From Candidatus Latescibacterota bacterium (GTDB lineage: Bacteria; Latescibacterota; UBA2968; GCA-2709665), in assembly GCA_965237675.1 (NCBI GenBank), contig OZ250150.1, positions 4,096,001 through 4,160,000 of the forward strand: a DNA stretch of 64,000 bases, read 5' to 3'. Under the pieces are notes generated by a model, which was given only the letters and a program-made list of their open reading frames with translations, did no database searches and was not told the origin of the DNA. The translations under genes and the position numbers were made by a program. Shown here in pieces: positions 29,627-37,639 of the stretch; within the stretch, counting starts at the first letter, position 1; each line of letters begins with the position of its first letter.

Positions 29627-30709
29627 ATGAAGAGACTCAAAGCAGGTGTTCTGGGTGCAACCGGCATGGTCGGTCAGCGTTTCGTTTCACTGCTGGAAGA
29701 CCACCCGTGGTTCGAGGTCGTCGCCGTGGCGGCCAGCCCGCGGTCCGCGGGCAAGACGTATCGTGAAGCGGTCGCAGACCGCTGGACTCTGACCTCGGAT
29801 ATTCCTCCGGCCATCGCGGATCTGTTCGTCAGAAACGTCAACGAGGTCGAAGGCATTGCCGATGAAGTCGATTTTGTCTGTGCGGCGCTCGATATGGAAA
29901 AAGAGGACATCCGCAACCTCGAGAATGCCTATGCCCAACGGGAAACGCCCGTGGCCTCCAACAACTCCGCCCATCGGTGGACACCGGACGTACCCATGCT
30001 CATGCCCGAGATCAACGCGGGGCACGTGGACATCATCGAGGCGCAGCGCAGACGTCTGGGCACGCGATCCGGTTTTGTCGCCGTAAAGCCGAACTGCTCG
30101 ATACAGCCCTATGTCCCCGCCTTTGAGGCATTGGCTGAATTCGGCCCGAGGAGAGCATCCGTATGCACCTACCAGGCCATTTCCGGCGCGGGAAAGACCT
30201 TTAAGTCATGGCCTGAAATGGAGGATAATATCATCCCGTTCATAGGAGGGGAAGAAGAAAAAAGCGCCATGGAACCCCTGAAAATCTGGGGCGAAATTCA
30301 CAACGGCGAAATCCGTAACGCCAGCGGGCCGATCATCTCCGCGCAGTGCGTTCGCGTGCCCGTCAGCGACGGACATATGGCCGCCACGTCGGTCTCGTTT
30401 GACAGGAAACCTTCCCGGGAGCAGGTAATCGAATCCTGGCGGAATTTTCAGGGGAACCCGAAAGCGGCCAACCTGCCGTCTTCACCCAGACCGCTTTTGA
30501 CGTATTTCGACGAAGAAGACCGTCCGCAGACACGGCTGGACCGGGACGCGGGGAATGGCATGGGAGTGACGCTGGGGCGGTTGCGAGATGACAACCTGTT
30601 CGACTACAGATTCATCGCCCTGAGCCACAACACCGTTCGAGGAGCCGCGGGCGGCGCCATTCTGATGGCCGAATTGCTTGCAGCGGAAGGATATCTGCAG
30701 GCAAAATAG
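29627..30709 (+). CDS. asd: Aspartate-semialdehyde dehydrogenase
   Basis: GATGMVGQ, KPNCS (catalytic Cys), YQAISGAG, CVRVPVSDGH, HNTVRGAAGG. Confidence 0.97.
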   Translation: MKRLKAGVLGATGMVGQRFVSLLEDHPWFEVVAVAASPRSAGKTYREAVADRWTLTSDIPPAIADLFVRNVNEVEGIADEVDFVCAALDMEKEDIRNLENAYAQRETPVASNNSAHRWTPDVPMLMPEINAGHVDIIEAQRRRLGTRSGFVAVKPNCSIQPYVPAFEALAEFGPRRASVCTYQAISGAGKTFKSWPEMEDNIIPFIGGEEEKSAMEPLKIWGEIHNGEIRNASGPIISAQCVRVPVSDGHMAATSVSFDRKPSREQVIESWRNFQGNPKAANLPSSPRPLLTYFDEEDRPQTRLDRDAGNGMGVTLGRLRDDNLFDYRFIALSHNTVRGAAGGAILMAELLAAEGYLQAK

Positions 30710-30728
30710 CAGGACAATCCGGCGGCTC

Positions 30729-33230
30729 CTAGTGCGGAACCCCGCGTCGGTGCAGCCGACGGTGGATCGCCTCCCTCGCCTCCACAAAGGGTCGTTCCAG
30801 ATACGCCATATGATCCTCCTCCCCGTGGTGATGGGTGACCTCTCCCGGCCGGTGCTGGCGGCTGTTCTGTTTCATGTACGTCAGGCAGCCGTCCACCAGC
30901 GTCAACATATACCGTGCCGTTTCAGAATTGAACATCCACCACTCTCCCCCACAGGCGATATAGACCGGCGACGTATGTGCCATCACCCCGCGCCCCCAAC
31001 CGTCGAGGTGGGGCACCGACCGGGAATAACCCGGGCCTCCGCATCGGGCGGCCAGCCATGAGTGAGACCGCACGTCGAGTGTCGCCTTCAGACTCAGCTT
31101 TCGCGCACCCCCCGACTCTTCCGTAGAAGCAACCACACGTCCGTCCTGCACCACCTGAAGCGTATGGATCGGAAGCACGCATTCCGCCTCCGCGACCACG
31201 TCGACGGCACCCCCGTTACCCGGAAGACTGACCGTGTCACCGATATCGTGGCCCTCCACGGTGAACCGAATGATCGGCCCCCCGCTGTGAAAGGTTCGCC
31301 CGGCGGCCATGTTTCTGCACCAGGTTTCGTAGTTGAACGGCTCATCCTCGGGAATCCTCACGTACGTCCTGTAAATGCCCACAGGCACATCGCTGCTCAT
31401 CTTGTCGGTGCCGCCGACAAGCGGCAGCCTGTACCCGCAGTTGAGATACCGATAATATTCGTTGTGATTGTACGTCGCATGCCTGAGCATCTCCACGGCA
31501 TCCGCCCGTCCGGTGGCAATCAACGTGGCCGGCTCGCCGTTGGGATTGGGAAGATGGGGAATAATCACGCTCCCGCCCTGCGCATGACACCGGTCCGCCC
31601 AATCCGACATCGTGACCTCCAGCGTGCCGCCCATCTCTGCTTCCCCGGGGCCGTCGGAACACCAGGGCATCACGGTTTCTTTCAGACCGAGCAGAATGAG
31701 ATGCCCGAGGAAGTGCTGCCGGTTTTCCGATCCGACATAGACAATGCTGCTCCCGTCCGGAGACACACTCGCTCTGCCTGTAAACTCCTCGGTGCTGGTA
31801 AAGAGGTTGCCCCACTGCGACGGCAATAGATTGACAACATTGAGATCCTCTCCCTGCGCCTCGGTGTGGCTTCCCTGTGTGGAGAGAAAATGAACATGCG
31901 AATCCCCACTGAACCATCGATCTTCATTCATGCTGCACCATCGTTTCAGCCTCAGTTCCAGTTCCCGCTGCCCGGGTCTGATCTCCACCGCGGTGCGGAG
32001 CGGTTCATATTCGAACCCCCGGGCCACGTCGGCGATCATCTTGCCTCTGGGCAGCCATCCCTGACAGGTGCCATCCGTATACGCATACGTAATCTGGCCC
32101 AGCCTCACGTCGCCGCCCACGTCGATATGCCATGTATCCAAGTTGGAATTGACGTGTGGGTGGTGCCCGTGCGGCGCGTACGGAATGCCCTCAGGCGAAC
32201 GGAAATGCACGCGGCACGGCACCGGTCTGCCCGTCTCGTCGTCCACCACCCGCGTATGTACCCAGTTTCGGCCGCGGTTCACGACCTCGACCTTCAATGC
32301 CGGTGTGTCGACGCTGCCCTTTTCCACCAGTTCCCCCCAGTTTACGTCCCCGAGTTTCTCGCTCCCCTGCATCACGGTTACGGTTGCCGAAGGCACGGCT
32401 GCCACCTCTACATAGGCCGGACTGCTTGCCGGGTTCTGTGGCTCTCCCCAACCCTTCCGCGCATCCTTCAGGAATTCATCCGAAGCCTGTGCGGGCAACG
32501 GATAGGGGTACGTGGCGATGCCCCGATCCACATTCACATCAAGGTCGAAGGGCTTTTCAGCATCCTCCCCCCGCGGCAGCGTAATCAACACCTCGCGCGG
32601 CGCCTCTCGAGAAAACGGATGCTCGTCCGCGTGCCCGAGGGTAATCCCACCGATTACGAACCGGAAACCCGCCGGAATGACCTCCAGGGATTCAATTGCC
32701 CGGTTCGGGTGCGGATTCTTCCAGACCCAGAGCGTAAAGCTCCGGGAGCGACCCTGCACCGCCTCGGTCTGCCGTCGTCCGGCGTCGCCCCAGCGTCCTT
32801 CATGGCGCGCGAGCATTCCGTCGGTCCGATCCTGAACCGCTACGAACGGGAGCCCGCCAGGCGCCGGAACCGTGGCAATCTCGAACCGATCCCGGATCGG
32901 CGCCGAAACAACGGTGCCGCCAGCGAGACGGAAGCGATATTCCGCGACGTGCTCACCGACCGGTCCGTTCTCTGCAATCCGGGAATCGAGCAACCGGTGC
33001 GCCACGATCACCCGCTGCGCCGTCTTTCCCACAGGAATGGACACAGTTCCGGGCGACTTCCCCGCGCTGAAGGCCACAAGGCAAGGTTCCGCCGGTGCGT
33101 CCGGGCGCCCGATCAGAAACGGCAGTCCCTGGTAGGTTTGAACGCCTGCCGACACACCGGGCGCTTCGCCAAGCATCTCCGGCCCCGCGTTGCATATCGG
33201 TGACAGATCCAGCGGCTCGTATGCATCCAT
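30729..33230 (-). CDS. CehA/McbA-like metallohydrolase, paralog B
   Basis: RGFEY, SGDSHVHFLS, ENRQHFLGH, GGTDKMS, AHTSPVY; His-rich C-terminus HHHGEEDH; start at MDAYEPLDL after GGAGG. Confidence 0.8.
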   Translation of the reverse strand: MDAYEPLDLSPICNAGPEMLGEAPGVSAGVQTYQGLPFLIGRPDAPAEPCLVAFSAGKSPGTVSIPVGKTAQRVIVAHRLLDSRIAENGPVGEHVAEYRFRLAGGTVVSAPIRDRFEIATVPAPGGLPFVAVQDRTDGMLARHEGRWGDAGRRQTEAVQGRSRSFTLWVWKNPHPNRAIESLEVIPAGFRFVIGGITLGHADEHPFSREAPREVLITLPRGEDAEKPFDLDVNVDRGIATYPYPLPAQASDEFLKDARKGWGEPQNPASSPAYVEVAAVPSATVTVMQGSEKLGDVNWGELVEKGSVDTPALKVEVVNRGRNWVHTRVVDDETGRPVPCRVHFRSPEGIPYAPHGHHPHVNSNLDTWHIDVGGDVRLGQITYAYTDGTCQGWLPRGKMIADVARGFEYEPLRTAVEIRPGQRELELRLKRWCSMNEDRWFSGDSHVHFLSTQGSHTEAQGEDLNVVNLLPSQWGNLFTSTEEFTGRASVSPDGSSIVYVGSENRQHFLGHLILLGLKETVMPWCSDGPGEAEMGGTLEVTMSDWADRCHAQGGSVIIPHLPNPNGEPATLIATGRADAVEMLRHATYNHNEYYRYLNCGYRLPLVGGTDKMSSDVPVGIYRTYVRIPEDEPFNYETWCRNMAAGRTFHSGGPIIRFTVEGHDIGDTVSLPGNGGAVDVVAEAECVLPIHTLQVVQDGRVVASTEESGGARKLSLKATLDVRSHSWLAARCGGPGYSRSVPHLDGWGRGVMAHTSPVYIACGGEWWMFNSETARYMLTLVDGCLTYMKQNSRQHRPGEVTHHHGEEDHMAYLERPFVEAREAIHRRLHRRGVPH

Positions 33231-33265
33231 ACCAGACCTCCCTGCCAAAAGATGATCGGTCCATC

Positions 33266-34231
33266 CTATGCCACCCGGTTCCGCGGGCGACCCTCCATAA
33301 ACGCAATGACATTATCCACCGCGCCGCCATTCAGAAGATCGACCCCCTCCGGGGTCATGTCGGCGCAATGAGGCGTCAACACGACCTGTTCGCAAGACAA
33401 CAGCGGATGCGACGGAGGCACGGGTTCTTCGTCATACACGTCAATCGCCGCGCCACCCAGACGCCCGGACCGGAGCGCGTCCACCAGCGCGTCCGTGTCC
33501 ACCACCGGGCCACGCGCTCCGTTCACAAGAATCGCGCCCGCTTTCATCAGTCCGAATTCCCGCCGTCCGATCATTCCGCGGCTATCGTCGGTAAGCGCCA
33601 CGTGCATGCTGACGACATCCGCCTCGTTCAGCAAATCGTCCAATGTCACAAAGCGTACCCCAAGTTTGCCGGCCCGTTCCGGCGATGGATGGTAGGTCCA
33701 CGCAATCACCTCCATCCCGATTGCCCGTCCCAGTCTGGCCATTTCCGCCCCGATATTCCCTACGCCCACAATGCCCAACACTTTACCCTGCAGGAACAAT
33801 CCATCCATCCTGGGCCACAGGCCCGCTTTCATCCGCGCCGTGAAGAATGCCGCCCGTTTCGATGCGGCAAACATCAGTCCGAACATATGTTCGGCCACCA
33901 CGGGCGCCGTTCGTCCCGGCTGATTGCAAATGACAATCCCGTGCTCTCTGGCGGCTTCCAGGTCGAACATATCGGTACCTATCGAACAACTCGTAATCAT
34001 CTGCAAATCGGGCAACTGTTCGAATTCCCTGCGACCCCACGTCACCACACCTCGCGTGTTGATGATCACCCCGGCACCCTTCGCCCGCTCAACCTTCTCC
34101 TCCGTCGATTCCGGCCTTGAATCGCACAAAACCACCGGTCCGTACGGCGCCAGACGATCCAGATGCGGAGATCCGGCAATCATCAGCGGATCATCTCCGG
34201 GGACCAGCATCCTGACAGTACCCTCCACCAT
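33266..34231 (-). CDS. D-isomer-specific 2-hydroxyacid dehydrogenase
   Basis: VAEH, GVGNIG, VNGARG, IDVYDEEP, LTPH. Confidence 0.92.
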   Translation of the reverse strand: MVEGTVRMLVPGDDPLMIAGSPHLDRLAPYGPVVLCDSRPESTEEKVERAKGAGVIINTRGVVTWGRREFEQLPDLQMITSCSIGTDMFDLEAAREHGIVICNQPGRTAPVVAEHMFGLMFAASKRAAFFTARMKAGLWPRMDGLFLQGKVLGIVGVGNIGAEMARLGRAIGMEVIAWTYHPSPERAGKLGVRFVTLDDLLNEADVVSMHVALTDDSRGMIGRREFGLMKAGAILVNGARGPVVDTDALVDALRSGRLGGAAIDVYDEEPVPPSHPLLSCEQVVLTPHCADMTPEGVDLLNGGAVDNVIAFMEGRPRNRVA

Positions 34232-34428
34232 TTCCAAACCTCCAATCAGGCAATACACACGACACGGGCGCTCCCTGACCGCACACCGTGAAATCGCCCC
34301 GCTTCCGGGACCCGAAAAGGAGTTGACCGCATTACGTTAAAAGATGAATCCCCGTGGAACTGCACCGATCCGTCGGGGGATTGAACGGCACGTATGCCTA
34401 CGTCCACACGGAAACCGTCTGAACATCC

Positions 34429-35619
34429 TCACCCGCCTTCCGGCAAACGCGCCGGGCTCTCAGAAGCCAATGTGGCCAATGCATCGAGCAGCAGGTCGAT
34501 CTCATCCTCAAGGAGGAAAAAGGGCACGCTCGCACGCAGACCATGTCGCGTCGTATTGAACGCCTTGACGACAATGCGCCAGCGCCCCCTGAGCGCATCC
34601 CTCACGTCAGTTGGTTGCCAACCCCGCAGGTCGAAGCCGACCACGGCGCCGGACCGTTCCGGGGACATGGGTGTGAACAACGTCACGCCCGGAATCTCGT
34701 TCAACCCCTGCTTCAACCGGGTCGTCAGCGCCGCCGTGCGCGCCCAGATCGCCTCCAGTCCGATATTCGCCAGGTATTTCACCGCCGTCGCCCAGGCGTG
34801 AACCAACGGCCAGGACCAGGGTCCGAATTCAAACCTCTCTGTATTTTCCTTGAGCTCGAAACGATCTTCCCTGAAGTCCACCCACGCCTGCGCCCGCCCG
34901 CCGGCGTAGGTAACGCGGATCTCGTCCCGGCGGTCCTTTCGGGCGAACAATGCACCGGCGGCATAGGGTGAATACATCCACTTGTAGGAGAGAATTCCCG
35001 CAAAATCGCATCCCACTTCGTTCAGATTTATCGGGTACAATCCGGCGGAATGCGCCATATCCAGAAATGTGATAACCCCACGCTCCCTTGCAGCCGAACA
35101 GATCCTTTCGGCGGGCAGACGATACCCCGAGTCCGAAATCACGTGGCTCAGCGCGATAAGCCGGGTGCGCTCGGTGACGCGGCCGGTGACCGCCTCTACC
35201 TGTCCATCCACGTCGTCGACCAGCGGTACCTTGTCCACGACAACGCCGAACAGATCACGCAAATGGAGACAGGGCACCAGCAGCGCCACTTCCTCCTCAT
35301 CCGAAATCAAAATGCGGTCTCCGGCTTTCCAATCGAGGCCGCGAATGACGGTCTGGAACGCTTCGCTCACCCCGCGCATCAACGCCAGATCGCCGGCCGC
35401 CACGCCGAAAAATTCCCCCAGGCGTTGCTTGGTCCGTTCTCGACGGGGATATTCGACATCCGGATACGCAATGTGCATCGGTCCGCGTTGGAGCAATTCC
35501 CGCATCAACCTGATATGTGTCTCGGCCACGGGCGTCGGTGTAATGCTCACGCCCCCGTTCTGGAACCACACGTAATTTCCCAGCGCCGGAAAATCCGCCC
35601 TGATCTTACCGATATCCAT
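34429..35619 (-). CDS. Class V PLP-dependent enzyme (CefD/EgtE-like)
   Basis: IRADFP, LSHV..SG, DMAHSAG, SYKWM.SP (PLP Lys), RFEFG, LRAS; no desulfurase Cys loop evident. Confidence 0.85.
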   Translation of the reverse strand: MDIGKIRADFPALGNYVWFQNGGVSITPTPVAETHIRLMRELLQRGPMHIAYPDVEYPRRERTKQRLGEFFGVAAGDLALMRGVSEAFQTVIRGLDWKAGDRILISDEEEVALLVPCLHLRDLFGVVVDKVPLVDDVDGQVEAVTGRVTERTRLIALSHVISDSGYRLPAERICSAARERGVITFLDMAHSAGLYPINLNEVGCDFAGILSYKWMYSPYAAGALFARKDRRDEIRVTYAGGRAQAWVDFREDRFELKENTERFEFGPWSWPLVHAWATAVKYLANIGLEAIWARTAALTTRLKQGLNEIPGVTLFTPMSPERSGAVVGFDLRGWQPTDVRDALRGRWRIVVKAFNTTRHGLRASVPFFLLEDEIDLLLDALATLASESPARLPEGG

Positions 35620-35721
35620 TTTAAAACGCCTCAAATCTGAACAGTTGTTCCGACGACCACGACCGATACCGATCACTTCCGCCTCAGTACAGTTCTTTCT
35701 TCTCCGTTGCGACTCACCGCA

Positions 35722-36627
35722 CTAACGCCAGTGCACGGGCAGAATAACATCCTTCAGTCCGAACTGCCGCGCAATCCATTCCTCCTGGTAGACGCCATCC
35801 TTGTAACGGGAATGTTCCGAGGCGCGAACCTCCACCTGACCGGGTACAGCATCGGCCACCGCCCCAAGCATTTGTTCGCTTCCCCACAGGAGAGTCGGCA
35901 CCGTAATCCGGGGCGCAAAAAACCAGGGGTCGAAATAGGACACCGTACGGGCTACTGCATCGTGGCGATCCGGATTTTGCCTCAAATACTCGTTTACTTC
36001 CTCCAGCGGATACCCTTCGGTGCCCGGTGCCCGATCCATCGTCCCATAAAAGAAAGACGGCGACGCAACAAGATGTGTCATTCCCCCGCGAAGCGCCGCC
36101 GCCAGCAACGGCATCTCGTTCTGGCCGATCCCCGCGATTCGGCCGCGGTCCGCTTCCGGCCGGGTCAGCACATAGTCCACCGCCCGACAACAATCGGCCA
36201 CGATGCCGCGCATAACGTATGCCTCGGGGTCGTCGATAGTATCCACAAACAGACCTGGAAACGACGCCGCGTAGGGTTCGTCCGCGTTGCGTTGTCCTCT
36301 CGCGGCCATTGCGAACACCAGGAACCGTCGTCGCTTCTCACTTGCGTCACCCTGCGGAAGCGGTTCCACGACGCTCTGCAGACGCGTAAGATACACAAGC
36401 GTCGGAAACGGGCCCTCCCCATGGGGAATGCTCAGATAGCCGAACAACCGATACGGACCGATACTCGTGAAACGCACGCCGTAGGTCGTTGAAAACTCGG
36501 TAGATCGAATCGGCATCAATTCCTCTTCGGGCGCAATCGGCGTGGCGTCCAGAATTTCCATCGTGCGATTCCAGTACGCATCAAAATCATCGGGTTTGGC
36601 CGTTGTCGGCCGAAATTGATCCGGCAT
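35722..36627 (-). CDS. CE7/AXE1 family esterase homolog lacking the nucleophile serine
   Basis: KPDDFDAYW, ARGQ, D..RAVD, YPLEE, SYFD present; GxSQG is replaced by GIGQNE. Confidence 0.8.
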   Translation of the reverse strand: MPDQFRPTTAKPDDFDAYWNRTMEILDATPIAPEEELMPIRSTEFSTTYGVRFTSIGPYRLFGYLSIPHGEGPFPTLVYLTRLQSVVEPLPQGDASEKRRRFLVFAMAARGQRNADEPYAASFPGLFVDTIDDPEAYVMRGIVADCCRAVDYVLTRPEADRGRIAGIGQNEMPLLAAALRGGMTHLVASPSFFYGTMDRAPGTEGYPLEEVNEYLRQNPDRHDAVARTVSYFDPWFFAPRITVPTLLWGSEQMLGAVADAVPGQVEVRASEHSRYKDGVYQEEWIARQFGLKDVILPVHWR

Positions 36628-36684
36628 TTACGAATTCTCCTGGCGTCCGGAGGGCCGGTGCAGGCTGGCCTCCACGATTCGACC

Positions 36685-37614
36685 TCAAGGGTGATTCTTC
36701 AGATGTTTCTCGAAAAACAGTCCAATTACGTTGCTGTGCTCCACGCTGCCCGCATCGTGGGCGTGGCCGTCGTACGCATACATCCGCTTGTCATTAGACG
36801 CGATTGCTCGAAATGCCGCGTATCCGGTTTCGGGCGGGCAGATATTGTCCTGTAGTCCCACATTGACGATAATCGGACACGATATCCGCGGTCCGAAGTG
36901 AATCCCGTCGAAATAGGCCAACGTATCCCGCACCGAGGGCTCCCGTTCGGGGTAGAGCCTCAGATAGTCCCGTATCTCCTGGTAAGGGTAGCTGTGTGCC
37001 AGATGAATCGCGTCCATAAACCCGCACAGATAGGGAGCGCCAGCGGCCCCCGCCCTGGGATCTCTCAGCGCCGAAACCACAATCGTCAAGCCACCTCCCT
37101 GGCTGCTGCCGTTTACGCCAATCCGATCCGAATCCACTTCCTCACGGCTCGCTAAAAAATCGAAGGCGCGAACGGCATCGATATAAAACCCGCGATAGGA
37201 ATAGGTATTCCGATCCACGATATTGTGGGTCAACAGACCTGGATACCCCGGGTTGAACTGCCCGTTGCTTCTGAGTTTTCCCCGTGGAGCGACACTGAAG
37301 ACAGCATAACCCGTTCTGGCCGTCTGTTTTGGCAATTGAGGCTCCCCGATATATCCCGGCACCTGCAAAATCGCTGGCAGCCTCCCCGTGGGCGTCGCAG
37401 GGAGGCAGTACCATCCCGAAATTCTGACGCCGTCGATACTGTCAAAGAGAACCTCAAAAACATCCACCTCGGGCGTCGACCTGAGCCGGCTGCGCACCAC
37501 GGACGCGTTCAGTGGAATCCGATCCGCCGTGGCAAGCACGTCGTCCCAGAACGCGTCAAAATCGGCCGGGCGCACCATCGTTGTACCGTAATTCTCTATT
37601 GCGTTCCAGTCCAT
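36685..37614 (-). CDS. CE7 acetylxylan esterase / cephalosporin-C deacetylase family
   Basis: RPADFDAFW, GSSQGGG (Ser), GLQDNICPP (Asp), GHAH (His), YPYQEI, AYFDG. Confidence 0.9.
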   Translation of the reverse strand: MDWNAIENYGTTMVRPADFDAFWDDVLATADRIPLNASVVRSRLRSTPEVDVFEVLFDSIDGVRISGWYCLPATPTGRLPAILQVPGYIGEPQLPKQTARTGYAVFSVAPRGKLRSNGQFNPGYPGLLTHNIVDRNTYSYRGFYIDAVRAFDFLASREEVDSDRIGVNGSSQGGGLTIVVSALRDPRAGAAGAPYLCGFMDAIHLAHSYPYQEIRDYLRLYPEREPSVRDTLAYFDGIHFGPRISCPIIVNVGLQDNICPPETGYAAFRAIASNDKRMYAYDGHAHDAGSVEHSNVIGLFFEKHLKNHP

Positions 37615-37639
37615 ACACCCTCCGTCCATCTGCGGGCGG

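Noticed and set aside
31866-33203. 445-aa plus-strand ORF, and similar long ORFs at 12663-13631, 19421-20455 and 50821-51951
   Set aside because: They are antisense shadows of well-supported genes in high-GC DNA, with Arg/Pro/His-rich composition and no motifs.
34429-37614. Beta-lactam biosynthesis idea (CefD-like plus cephalosporin deacetylase-like genes)
   Set aside because: No ACV synthetase or IPNS is present, and the family names do not imply these substrates.
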